Shown one piece after another: positions 1-8,602 of a stretch of DNA of 33,319 bases (position 1 is the stretch's first letter; every line of letters starts with the position of its first letter). The DNA comes from a virus. Taxonomy: Duplodnaviria; Caudoviricetes. The notes beneath the pieces are model-generated. The model was not told the origin of the DNA. It made no database searches and saw nothing but the letters and a program-made list of their open reading frames with translations. The DNA is taken from positions 1 through 33,319 of the IMG/VR virus record IMGVR_UViG_3300017914_002862; one strand, given 5' to 3'. Both the position numbers and the translations under genes were made by a program.

Positions 1-1
1 A

Positions 2-1156
2 AACAGTGTTAGCTTATTGAAGAAAGAAGTTCTAGATACATTAATCAATAGTAAATTAGGTGACGAACTTCTTAAACTAGGAACAAGTTTTAGTACTTTA
101 TTCACACAATTGTTTGGAGATAGTGAAACAGGCACATCTGGCGCAGCAGGAAAGTTATCAGGAGCATTTGACAGTTTTGGCGAATCACTAGTTGGAGAAA
201 ACGGAACACTTACTAATATGGTAAAAGCAATACAAGCGGAAGTTGATTCATTTACTGGATTTGTTAAAGCCGGCGGCGATCCAATGTTATTCATTAGAAA
301 TAGAATAGAAGAAATGTTATTAGGCACAATTGAAGGCAAAGACGGAATGCGTAAAGGTGGATTGTTAGAAAAAATATCAAACGGCTTTACAGCTATCCTT
401 GATGGTGCTCAAGCAATGATTTTTGAATACATGGGTTTTCAGCAAGGTACTGGACAAACCATAATGCAGCAGCTGATAGAAAAAGTGTTTGGACCTGCAA
501 CTGAAGGTCAAGAAAACATGAATATTTTCAGTAGGATTATTGACGAAACAACAACAGGTATTCAAAGTGCCTTTGCAAGTGAAGCATTTCAAACAAAATT
601 AGATTCTATTGTTGATACACTGAAACCTATAATGACAGATGCAATTAGAAAATTAATGAAAGCACTAAATGATACTTGGCTTGGTTATATTATTCCAAAT
701 AGTAGTTTTGAAAGTCCTGATGATGCACGTCAAGCAGAAATTGACAATCTTGGTAAACTTATATTAAAACAATTAGAACAGACTGCTGAATTAGATCCTG
801 GAATAAATGCAAAGGCTATAGAAGCAACAAAAAAAATGCTTGCAGATTATAAAGGAATGACAGGCGGAACTGAATTTGCTATTCCAGAACAGTATTCCAA
901 TTTGCCTTTGAGACGTGTCGGAACACTGAAAGCCACTGGTAAAATGACAGAACCAAAAGACACTAATGCAAGAATTCATGCAGGAGAACGTGTTTTAAAT
1001 GCAAGCGAAGCAGGTGCCGTGAATGACTTGCCAGGCGCAATCAAGCAGCTAAATACACTTACAGCCCAAGTTAGAGATTTAATGGCACAGAGTGTGCAGT
1101 ACCAAGAGAAGACTGCAAGAGGCATAAGAAAATTAGGAAGTGATATGATAGCATGA
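2..1156 (+). CDS. 5'-truncated tape-measure / baseplate-hub-like structural protein (C-terminal part)
   Basis: The frame is open from position 2, so the TTG at 17 is probably not the real start. The protein is helical and Gly/Ala/Met-rich. Its C-terminus (GTLKATGKMTEPKDTNARIHAGERVLN plus a coiled coil) resembles tape-measure C-termini. The stop overlaps the portal start (ATGA, 1153-1156). Confidence 0.5.
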   Translation, partial: NSVSLLKKEVLDTLINSKLGDELLKLGTSFSTLFTQLFGDSETGTSGAAGKLSGAFDSFGESLVGENGTLTNMVKAIQAEVDSFTGFVKAGGDPMLFIRNRIEEMLLGTIEGKDGMRKGGLLEKISNGFTAILDGAQAMIFEYMGFQQGTGQTIMQQLIEKVFGPATEGQENMNIFSRIIDETTTGIQSAFASEAFQTKLDSIVDTLKPIMTDAIRKLMKALNDTWLGYIIPNSSFESPDDARQAEIDNLGKLILKQLEQTAELDPGINAKAIEATKKMLADYKGMTGGTEFAIPEQYSNLPLRRVGTLKATGKMTEPKDTNARIHAGERVLNASEAGAVNDLPGAIKQLNTLTAQVRDLMAQSVQYQEKTARGIRKLGSDMIA

Positions 1157-2871
1157 GTTGGAAGAAATATTTTACACCAGTACCAACATCTGCAAACACA
1201 GGCGGCAGTTATTCGCCTTTCAGCTTTACAAAAGGCCAAGGTGTAGGCCCTGCGGCTGCAAACTACAGCAGTCATCTTCCTGATGTTTATGTTGGATCAC
1301 CTAATCGTGTTGAGCGTTATGGTCAGTACAACACAATGGACAATGACAGTGAAGTAAATGCTGCACTAGATATCCTTGCAGAGTTTTGCACACAGAAGAA
1401 CAAAGAAAACTCGACACCATTTAAAATTGAGTTTAACAAAGCAGCAACCAATTCAGAAGTCAATATTCTTGGACAATACCTCAAACAGTGGTGCAAGATC
1501 CAAGAGTTTGAAACACGAATGTTCAAAATCATTCGCAACACCTTCAAGTACGGTGATCAATTCTTTATTAGAGATCCTCAAAGCAAAAAGTGGTTTCATG
1601 TTGATCCGGCTAATGTAACAAAGATTATTGTAAATGAAAGTGAAGGCAAGCGTCCTGAGCAGTACATTGTAAAAGACATCAACGTCAGTTTTGAAGCATT
1701 AGCAGCAACAAAGATCAACACCAACACTGCTTATGGTCCTGGTGCTAATACCCAAGGCTATCAGACACTTGACAACAAGTACATGACAGGCAGAACACCT
1801 GATCAGAACAGCAGTAGATTCAGCACAGAAGCAAACGAGACTGCTATTGATGCAGAGCACATGATTCACATGAGCATGAGCGAAGGATTAGATCAAAACT
1901 ATCCATTCGGTAATAGTTTGCTTGAAAGTATTTTCAAAGTTTACAAGCAGAAAGAACTGCTTGAAGATGCGATTATTATCTATCGTGTCCAACGTGCGCC
2001 AGAGCGCAGAGTATTCTACGTTGATGTGGGCAACATGCCTTCACACCTTGCTATGCAGTTTGTGGAACGTGTTAAAACTGAAATACATCAAAGACGTATC
2101 CCAAGTAAGACAGGCGGTGGTCAGACAGTTATAGACAGTTCATATAATCCGCTGTCAATCAACGAAGACTACTTCTTTCCACAGACTGCTGAAGGACGTG
2201 GTTCAAAAGTTGAAACACTGCCAGGTGGTACCAACCTAGGTGAAATTGATGACTTGAAATATTTCACAAACAAACTGCTACGTGGTTTGCGTATTCCTTC
2301 AAGTTACTTGCCAACAGGTGCAGATGACAGTGCAAGCCAGTACAATGACGGGCGTGTAGGCACAGCATACATTCAAGAACTACGTTTCAACAACTACTGC
2401 GAACGACTACAAAGTATGATCACTGAAGTGTTCAACAATGAATTTAAATTGTACTTGACACAAAAAGGTGTTAATATCGATGTAGCAATGTTTGACTTGA
2501 GATTACAGCCTCCACAAAACTTTGCAAGTTATCGTCAAGCAGAACTAGACAACAACAGAATTAGTACATTTTCGCAGATGCAACAGATTCCGTTTATTTC
2601 AAATAGATTTGCATTGGAAAGATTTTTAGGACTGAGCAAAGAAGAGATTGCACAAAACGAAAGATTATGGCGTGAAGAAAACGATGAATTCTTTGATATG
2701 CCAGGATCAGATGCATCAGCACAACTGCGTGACGCAGGAATTACAGGCAGTGATATCACTGCTGATGCAGAGGCAGCTGACGGCGATGAAATCACAGGCG
2801 ATGAAGATATTGCAGCAGGTGCAGAAGCAGGAGGAGACACAGCGGACGCTAATGATCCGTTTAGTGCATAA
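1153..2871 (+). CDS. gp20: T4-like portal vertex protein
   Basis: 572 aa with hallmark gp20 motifs EDAIIIYRVQRAPERRVFYVDVGNMP, EDYFFP, GRGSKVETLPGGTNLGEIDDLKYF and ELRFNNYCERLQ. Lies upstream of the gp21-22-23 genes. Confidence 0.97.
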   Translation: MSWKKYFTPVPTSANTGGSYSPFSFTKGQGVGPAAANYSSHLPDVYVGSPNRVERYGQYNTMDNDSEVNAALDILAEFCTQKNKENSTPFKIEFNKAATNSEVNILGQYLKQWCKIQEFETRMFKIIRNTFKYGDQFFIRDPQSKKWFHVDPANVTKIIVNESEGKRPEQYIVKDINVSFEALAATKINTNTAYGPGANTQGYQTLDNKYMTGRTPDQNSSRFSTEANETAIDAEHMIHMSMSEGLDQNYPFGNSLLESIFKVYKQKELLEDAIIIYRVQRAPERRVFYVDVGNMPSHLAMQFVERVKTEIHQRRIPSKTGGGQTVIDSSYNPLSINEDYFFPQTAEGRGSKVETLPGGTNLGEIDDLKYFTNKLLRGLRIPSSYLPTGADDSASQYNDGRVGTAYIQELRFNNYCERLQSMITEVFNNEFKLYLTQKGVNIDVAMFDLRLQPPQNFASYRQAELDNNRISTFSQMQQIPFISNRFALERFLGLSKEEIAQNERLWREENDEFFDMPGSDASAQLRDAGITGSDITADAEAADGDEITGDEDIAAGAEAGGDTADANDPFSA

Positions 2872-2874
2872 ATA
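2869..2874 (+). promoter_or_regulatory. Candidate T4-type late promoter core (TAAATA)
   Basis: cATAAATA overlaps the portal stop codon, just upstream of the ATG at 2880. Matches the T4 late consensus TATAAATA at 7/8. Confidence 0.5.
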
Positions 2875-2879
2875 ATATT

Positions 2880-3128
2880 ATGATACTACGTGAACTATAT
2901 TACTTTGATAAAAACACAATGGAACCTGTTGAAGATCTTCGCTATGACGAAAAAGATGACGACAGCGTAGTAGGCATGAATGATACAAGGAAAACTCGTT
3001 TGACTTTGAGGGACATTAACAAAGCTAGACGAGCAGAAGAAGCGCACAGACAAGAAGCAACAAAAGATCTAGAGTACGTTAGGGCTATGTACGGGCTTCA
3101 GGCCCAAGGAACTGAAGAAGCAGTTTAA
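2880..3128 (+). CDS. Small hypothetical head-cluster protein
   Basis: 82-aa ORF filling the gap after the portal gene. Acidic N-half and basic/helical C-half (RKTRLTLRDINKARR). Confidence 0.8.
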   Translation: MILRELYYFDKNTMEPVEDLRYDEKDDDSVVGMNDTRKTRLTLRDINKARRAEEAHRQEATKDLEYVRAMYGLQAQGTEEAV

Positions 3129-3137
3129 GGAGACTGT

Positions 3138-4028
3138 ATGAAGCCCAGCAGAAAAATCTACAAATCAGGCGAATCTAAAGAGGATCGCAAAGCAAGACTA
3201 CACCAACAAAAAATAGCAGCAGGCGCCTATAGAGAAGGCGAAAACAAAGAACAGCGTAAAGCTAGACTTAAAAGAGAAAAGGGTGTTGTTGAACAAACAA
3301 AAAAATCGCAATCAAAAACTCAACCAACACCTAAACCAAAAAACAAACCTAGACCTGTAACAAACAACACTGCACAAAGAAGCATACCGCCTACAATTGA
3401 AAAGAAAATTGCAGAGCAACAATCTTATCCTACTGAAGATATTTCATTTGTGCTAGGTAACGGTACTAGTAGACGCAGTATTGATCCAAACGAACTGAAA
3501 CTACGTGGCACACTGTATGGTTGTAATGCACTTTACAGAACTTGTTCTCCGCATTATTTGATTGCAGTTGATACTAAAATGGTTAGAGAAATTTCAAATG
3601 CAGGTTATCAATTAAAGAACAGCACTTGGAGCAACCCTAACAAATACAGTAGAAGTATACAAGGATTAAACCTTTTTAATCCCAATTTAGGTTGGAGCAG
3701 TGGACCAACAGCACTGAATTTTGCAAGCATAAATGGCTCTAAAATCATCTATATTCTAGGATTCGATTATCAAGGATTAGGCAAAAAACATGAACTTGTC
3801 AACAACATGTATGCTGGTACTGAAAACTACAAACGTGAATCTGATAGAGCAACATATTTTGGTAATTGGCAAAGACAGACTTCTATGGTAATAAAACGAA
3901 ACCCATCAATTAGATATATAAGAGTGGTAGAAGATACAGAATATTTTACACCGGAGAATTTAGTAGGATTACCTAATCTTGAGCACATAACTATAGCAAA
4001 ATTTAAGAAAATTTTTAAATTATCCTAG
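3138..4028 (+). CDS. Lys/Arg-rich N-terminus fused to a CstII/GT42-, Maf/DUF115-like Rossmann-type sugar-transferase domain
   Basis: SD AAGGAG upstream. Motifs FVLGNGTSR...LYGCNALYR...LIAVD and WSSGPTAL...IYILGFDY match the GNGPS / CN / SG / IYL-G-D pattern of that fold. The N-terminus has a duplicated Y-x-x-GE-x-KE-x-RKARL motif. Confidence 0.6.
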   Translation: MKPSRKIYKSGESKEDRKARLHQQKIAAGAYREGENKEQRKARLKREKGVVEQTKKSQSKTQPTPKPKNKPRPVTNNTAQRSIPPTIEKKIAEQQSYPTEDISFVLGNGTSRRSIDPNELKLRGTLYGCNALYRTCSPHYLIAVDTKMVREISNAGYQLKNSTWSNPNKYSRSIQGLNLFNPNLGWSSGPTALNFASINGSKIIYILGFDYQGLGKKHELVNNMYAGTENYKRESDRATYFGNWQRQTSMVIKRNPSIRYIRVVEDTEYFTPENLVGLPNLEHITIAKFKKIFKLS

Positions 4029-4029
4029 G

Positions 4030-4076
4030 AGTACGTGAAAATCGGCTGTTTTGAGCCTATTTCTACGTACTTTTTT
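4030..4076 (+). terminator. Probable rho-independent terminator
   Basis: Imperfect inverted repeat agtacgtgaaaatcggct / agcctatttctacgtact followed by a T-tract, directly after the stop at 4028. Confidence 0.55.
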
Positions 4077-4086
4077 GTATAATGTG

Positions 4087-4092
4087 TAAATA
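4087..4092 (+). promoter_or_regulatory. Candidate late promoter core (TAAATA) for the core-protease-scaffold-capsid operon
   Basis: TAAATA between the terminator and the AAAGGAG SD of the ORF at 4134. Confidence 0.6.
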
Positions 4093-4133
4093 TAATAGAC
4101 AGCCTTGTAAAAAACATATTAAAGGAGATTAAC

Positions 4134-5153
4134 ATGACTGATCGAGCAAAGTTCGAGGAAATGCTTGAGCGTCTTATCGCAGAAGATAAAGCAGGCGCAG
4201 AAGAGCTTTTCCATGAAATCGTGGTAGAAAAATCACGTGAAATTTATTCAAGTATCCTAGAGTCAGAAGAAGAAGTAGATGAAGCTGACGAAGAAATGGA
4301 CGAGTCAGAAGACGATCTAGATGAAGCAACTGATGAAGAAGTTGACGAATCAGAGGACGACCTAGATGAAGCCGCAGAGGATGACTTAGACGAGTCAGAA
4401 GAAGAAGTTGACGAGTCAGATGATGACCTAGACGAAATGTTTGGTCTAGACGAATTAGAAGCAGAAGCAGATCCAATGGACATGGACATGAGTGATCCAT
4501 CAGACATGGACGATGCAGAAATGGACATGGACGGTGACGACGAAGGCGACGACGAAGAAGCTGAAGGTCCAGAAGAAGCAATGGCAGATCTAAAAGACGC
4601 ACTTGCAGCTCTAGAAGCAGAATTTGAAAAAATGATGGGCGACGAAGAGCCAGGCGACGAAGATCCAGAAGAAGAAGCAATGGAAATGCCATTCGAAGCA
4701 GCAGATGAAGAAGTTGACGAAGCATCAGAAGAAGAAGTTGACGAAGCAGCTGACGAAGAAGTAGAAGAAGCAACTGACGAGATTGAAGAAGCAGCAGACA
4801 AATCAGCAGCAGAAATCATGCGTGAGTATGTAAACAAAATGGCAGACGAGCCAAAAAAAGGTGACAACGGTGCAAATGCAAAATCAGTAGTTGCAAGCAA
4901 AAATGACATGGGCGGCACAGCATCAAACATCGTAGCTGGTGATACAGCAAGCGACGGCGAAGCAGGCAAAGGCTCAAAAGTCAAAGGCGCAGCACTAAGC
5001 GGTCAAAATGCTAAGGAAGATAACGCTGGAAACAGAAATGTCAAAGGCGGAACAAGTGCCAAATCAGGCATGAAAAACGAACCTGGTCATGGTTCTGAGA
5101 AATCAGGCAAGCCAGAGCAAGCAGCCAATAAAAAATCAATTATGGGCAGCTAA
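4134..5153 (+). CDS. Highly acidic prohead core / internal scaffolding protein (positional analogue of T4 gp67/gp68)
   Basis: 339 aa with strong SD AAAGGAG. Long Asp/Glu low-complexity tracts and a Gly/Lys-rich tail. Sits between portal and protease. Confidence 0.7.
   Translation: MTDRAKFEEMLERLIAEDKAGAEELFHEIVVEKSREIYSSILESEEEVDEADEEMDESEDDLDEATDEEVDESEDDLDEAAEDDLDESEEEVDESDDDLDEMFGLDELEAEADPMDMDMSDPSDMDDAEMDMDGDDEGDDEEAEGPEEAMADLKDALAALEAEFEKMMGDEEPGDEDPEEEAMEMPFEAADEEVDEASEEEVDEAADEEVEEATDEIEEAADKSAAEIMREYVNKMADEPKKGDNGANAKSVVASKNDMGGTASNIVAGDTASDGEAGKGSKVKGAALSGQNAKEDNAGNRNVKGGTSAKSGMKNEPGHGSEKSGKPEQAANKKSIMGS
4260..4795 (+). repeat. Imperfect ~21-nt (7-codon) tandem repeats encoding EEVDEA / DDLDE(S/A)
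   Basis: Recurring gaagaagttgacgaa and gacctagatgaa-type units in two blocks (~4260-4440 and ~4700-4795). Confidence 0.75.
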
Positions 5154-5167
5154 GTAAGGACTGACGG

Positions 5168-5785
5168 ATGAACCTACTAAGAGAAAATTTGAGTTTCGAT
5201 AAGGCGAAGATGGTCGTTGAGTCTGCTAACGAAGGCAAAGACCTTTTTATGAAAGGTATTTGTATCCAAGGCGGAGTACGAAACGCCAACCAGCGTGTTT
5301 ATCCCGTAAATGAGATTAGCAGGGCTGTCACCACGCTCAACGAGCAGATAGCCGAAGGTTACTCAGTTTTAGGGGAAGTAGATCATCCAGATGGACTTCA
5401 AATTAACCTGGACCGTGTGTGCATTATGGTAGAAAGCATGTGGATGGACGGTGCAAATGGTTACGGAAAGTTGAAAGTACTACCTACGCCGATGGGAGGC
5501 CTAGTAAGAACAATGCTGGAAAGCGGAGTTAAATTAGGTGTCTCATCGCGAGGCAGTGGCGAAGTTGATCCTACGGGAAATGTCAACGGCTTTGAAATAA
5601 TCACTGTGGACGTTGTGGCACAGCCCAGCGCCCCTGGTGCGTATCCTACACCAATTTACGAGCATTTGATGAACGAAAAAGGTGGATACAAGGCAATACT
5701 CACTTCAAAAGAAGTTCAAGGCGACAAACAGGCACAAAAATATATTGCAGAGAGTCTATTAAATATAATAGACAGGCTCCAATAA
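5168..5785 (+). CDS. gp21: Prohead protease
   Basis: Motifs NANQRVYP, LGEVDHP (catalytic His), LGVSSRGSG (catalytic Ser) and DVVAQPSAPGAY. Confidence 0.96.
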   Translation: MNLLRENLSFDKAKMVVESANEGKDLFMKGICIQGGVRNANQRVYPVNEISRAVTTLNEQIAEGYSVLGEVDHPDGLQINLDRVCIMVESMWMDGANGYGKLKVLPTPMGGLVRTMLESGVKLGVSSRGSGEVDPTGNVNGFEIITVDVVAQPSAPGAYPTPIYEHLMNEKGGYKAILTSKEVQGDKQAQKYIAESLLNIIDRLQ

Positions 5786-5797
5786 AAGGAGAAAATA

Positions 5798-6883
5798 ATG
5801 GAAGCACTACAAGCCCTTTTAGAGAGTGATGCAATCTCAGAAGCAATGAAAACAGAAATTCAAGAAGCGTGGGAAACAAAAGTTCGTGAAAACAAACTTT
5901 CAGTGACCGCCGAACTTCGTGAAGAATTTGCTACAAAGTACGAACACGATAAAGGTGTTATGGTTGAAGCAATTGACACACTTGTAAGTGAAAAACTAGC
6001 AGAAGAAATGGCAGAATTCCATGAGGATCGCAAACAACTTGCTGAACAAAAAGCAAAGTATGCGATGGCTATGCGTGAAAACGCAGACCTTATGGGTGCA
6101 TTTGTGAAGCAGACACTTGTAAAAGAAGTTTCTGAGCTACATGAAGATCAGAAAGCAATGGCAAGTAAATTTGCTATGCTAGAAGAATTTGTTGTAGAAC
6201 AACTTGCAACTGAACTTGCAGAGTTCCAAGAAGACAAAAAAGATCTTGCCGAAACAAAAGTACGCTTAGTACGTGAAGGCAAAGAACACTTGGCAAAAGT
6301 CAAAAAAGACTTTATCCAAAGAAGTGCTAGTGCAATTCAAGAAACAGTTGCTAATGCTCTAACTACAGAGATCAAGCAATTGAAAGAAGATATTGACACA
6401 GCACGTCAAAATGATTTTGGACGTAAGATTTTCGAAGCATTCGCTAATGAATACATGGGTTCACACCTAAACGAAACATCAGAAACTAAGAAATTACTTA
6501 CCGTTGTAGATGCTAAAGACAAGCAAATTGCTGAAGCAAAAGCATTGGCGTTGAAAGCTAAGAAATTGGCAGAAGACAAAAATGCTGAAGTAAAGCGTTT
6601 GGTTGAAGCACAGCAACGAGCAAAGAAAATGAACGAACTCGTTGGACCGTTGAGCACGGACCAAAGAGAAATTATGACAGACTTACTGGAATCAGTACAA
6701 ACTACCAGACTACAATCTGCGTTTGACAAGTATCTACCAGCGGTTATCAATGGTAACACTCCAGCAAAGCAGAAGGCAACTTTAACAGAGGCAAAAGAAG
6801 TAACAGGCAATAAACAAACACAAAGTTCTACAGAACCAAGCGACAATAATGTTTTCGACATTAAACGCTTGGCAGGAATATAA
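5798..6883 (+). CDS. gp22: Prohead core scaffolding protein
   Basis: 361-aa Glu/Lys/Ala-rich coiled coil with SD AAGGAG and an NDFGRKIFEAF motif. Lies between gp21 and gp23. Confidence 0.88.
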   Translation: MEALQALLESDAISEAMKTEIQEAWETKVRENKLSVTAELREEFATKYEHDKGVMVEAIDTLVSEKLAEEMAEFHEDRKQLAEQKAKYAMAMRENADLMGAFVKQTLVKEVSELHEDQKAMASKFAMLEEFVVEQLATELAEFQEDKKDLAETKVRLVREGKEHLAKVKKDFIQRSASAIQETVANALTTEIKQLKEDIDTARQNDFGRKIFEAFANEYMGSHLNETSETKKLLTVVDAKDKQIAEAKALALKAKKLAEDKNAEVKRLVEAQQRAKKMNELVGPLSTDQREIMTDLLESVQTTRLQSAFDKYLPAVINGNTPAKQKATLTEAKEVTGNKQTQSSTEPSDNNVFDIKRLAGI

Positions 6884-6893
6884 GGAGAAAGAT

Positions 6894-8066
6894 ATGTCAG
6901 AACTATTAGAAAGTCGCTGGCAGGAGACCAAAGGTGCCCTAGTTGAAGGCCTATCAGGCAACAAAAAAGCTGTGATGGAGTCAACACTTGAAAACACTCG
7001 TCGCCACTTGATGGAGACAGCAACAGCGGGCGCAACTTCTGCAGGTAACGTAGCAACACTAAACCGTGTGATCCTTCCAGTGATCAGACGTGTTATGCCA
7101 ACAGTAATTGCAAACGACCTAGTTGGTGTTCAACCAATGACAGGTCCAGTGGGTCAGATCCACACACTACGTGTACGCTATGCGGACACAGCAGGTTCAG
7201 GTGCAGCAGGCGCGGTAACAGGCGAAGAAGCACTATCACCATTCAAAATTGCTGAAGCATATTCAGGTAACACTTCAGATGGTAAAGCAGACGCAACTGC
7301 GGCACTTGAAGGTGCAGCTGGTAACAGACTAAGCATCCAGATCTTGAAACAAACTGTTGAAGCGAAATCACGTAAGCTATCAGCACGTTGGACATTCGAG
7401 GCAGCACAGGACGCTCAGTCACAGCATGGTATTGATGTAGAAGCAGAAATCATGGCTGCTCTTGCACAAGAAATTACTGCTGAGATCGATCAAGAGGTTA
7501 TTAACTCATTGACAACATTAGCAGGTACAGGTTCAGAAACATACGACCAGTCAGGTGTTTCAGGTACAGCTACATTCGTTGGTGACGAACACGCAGCTCT
7601 TGCAGTTCAAATCAACCGTGTATCAAACTTGATTGCACAGCGTACACGCCGTGGCGCAGGTAACTGGGCAGTTGTTTCACCAACAATGCTAACAGTGCTA
7701 CAGTCAGCAACAACATCAGCGTTTGCACGTACAACAGAAGGCGCATTCGAAGCACCAACTAACACAAAAATGGTTGGTACATTGAACAACGCAATGAAAG
7801 TATATGTAAACACATATGCAGCAGACGATGACGTACTAGTTGGTTACAAAGGTACATCAGAATCAGACGCAGCAGCGTTCTACTGCCCATACATCCCATT
7901 GATGTCAAGCGGTGTTGTACTAGACCCAGATACATTCGAGCCAGTAGTTAGCTTCATGACACGTTATGGTTATGTCGAACTAACAAACACTGCATCGTCT
8001 TTGGGTAACGCAGCAGACTACCTAGGTAAAGTTGAAGTAACAACTTCAGCACTAAGCTTCACATAA
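6894..8066 (+). CDS. gp23: Major capsid protein (390 aa; true start at 6894, not 6849)
   Basis: SD TAAGGAG at 6881-6887 precedes the ATG at 6894. gp23 motifs VGVQPMTGPVGQIH, EAKSRKLSARWTFEAAQD, EITAEIDQE, FYCPYIPL and FMTRYG. Strongly biased codon usage. Confidence 0.97.
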   Translation: MSELLESRWQETKGALVEGLSGNKKAVMESTLENTRRHLMETATAGATSAGNVATLNRVILPVIRRVMPTVIANDLVGVQPMTGPVGQIHTLRVRYADTAGSGAAGAVTGEEALSPFKIAEAYSGNTSDGKADATAALEGAAGNRLSIQILKQTVEAKSRKLSARWTFEAAQDAQSQHGIDVEAEIMAALAQEITAEIDQEVINSLTTLAGTGSETYDQSGVSGTATFVGDEHAALAVQINRVSNLIAQRTRRGAGNWAVVSPTMLTVLQSATTSAFARTTEGAFEAPTNTKMVGTLNNAMKVYVNTYAADDDVLVGYKGTSESDAAAFYCPYIPLMSSGVVLDPDTFEPVVSFMTRYGYVELTNTASSLGNAADYLGKVEVTTSALSFT

Positions 8067-8083
8067 GTTTAGCTTCAATAGTC

Positions 8084-8112
8084 AAAATAGGCCCTCCGGG
8101 GCCTATTTTTTT
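8084..8112 (+). terminator. Rho-independent terminator after the capsid gene
   Basis: Perfect stem aaaataggccc / gggcctatttt with a C(UCCG)G UNCG-type loop and a T-tract. Confidence 0.92.
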
Positions 8113-8115
8113 GAG

Positions 8116-8121
8116 TAAATA
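8116..8121 (+). promoter_or_regulatory. Candidate late promoter core (TAAATA)
   Basis: Immediately after the terminator and before SD AAGGAG and the ATG at 8138. Confidence 0.6.
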
Positions 8122-8137
8122 CTGTAAGGAGAATAAA

Positions 8138-8347
8138 ATGAAATTAGGTTCAGTATACAAATATAGTCCTAACAGGAAATATAATATTATTAGACCAAAA
8201 ACTTGGGGCAATACATTGGTAGACGTAATGTATCTTACTGCTGATTATCCTGATCTTAGACTTGGTGACACAGTAGAATATGTTTCAGAATTGAAAAATA
8301 AAAAAATTTATGCAACTTTTGTAAAAAAAGTTGAACAAACTGGTTGA
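8138..8347 (+). CDS. Divergent cold-shock-domain (OB-fold) protein, 69 aa
   Basis: SD AAGGAG supports a start at 8138 rather than 8111. Length and pattern (GSVYKY...KYNIIRP...VDVMY...LRLGDTVEY...YATFV) follow the CspA layout, with degenerate RNP1/RNP2 motifs. Confidence 0.55.
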   Translation: MKLGSVYKYSPNRKYNIIRPKTWGNTLVDVMYLTADYPDLRLGDTVEYVSELKNKKIYATFVKKVEQTG

Positions 8348-8372
8348 CCTTACTGTATTAATTTGCTATATT
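8344..8372 (+). promoter_or_regulatory. Sigma70-type promoter with extended -10
   Basis: TTGACC (8344-8349), 17-nt spacer ending TGC, then TATATT (8367-8372). Confidence 0.7.
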
Positions 8373-8378
8373 ATAAAC

Positions 8379-8600
8379 ATAACGAAGACGACGGTCCAAG
8401 TTAGATAGTGCAAGGAAACGATGCTTCACATAGGCATTAACTTGACTCATACGCTGTGGTGGCGCTGTAAGACTTTGGAGACAAAGAGTTGCAGACGAAA
8501 ATAGAATTAACCATTCTATTGTGAGGTTGTGCTAGTTATGTAGACAGGATATGTCACGGCACTTGTAGGTAATCCTTAGTCCTACCTATCACATTATTAG
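8379..8600 (+). ncRNA. Putative structured non-coding RNA of unknown family
   Basis: No ORF of 60 aa or more. Bounded by a promoter and a terminator. At least six helices are visible, including a long-range closing stem (8455-8462/8586-8593) and a GAGA tetraloop. Confidence 0.65.
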
Positions 8601-8602
8601 AG

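Noticed and set aside
4174-4984. Minus-strand ORFs of 199 aa and 246 aa (Leu/Arg-rich and Ser-rich)
   Set aside because: They are shadows of the GAA/GAC repeats in the acidic core gene, with no SD or recognisable domain.
6849-6893. Longer 405-aa capsid start given in the ORF track
   Set aside because: It overlaps gp22 and lacks an SD. The strong SD lies before the ATG at 6894.
8421-8504. 27-codon ORF MLHIGINLTHTLWWRCKTLETKSCRRK with AAGGA upstream and tandem Trp, resembling a leader peptide
   Set aside because: SD spacing is only 4 nt, there are no downstream trp genes, and the region is better explained by RNA helices. Not fully excluded.
8379-8600. tmRNA, RNase P, SRP or tRNA identity for the ncRNA candidate
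   Set aside because: No acceptor stem, T-loop or CCA end, no Ala-Ala-ending tag, no RNase P GAGGAAAGUCC core and no clear SRP motif.
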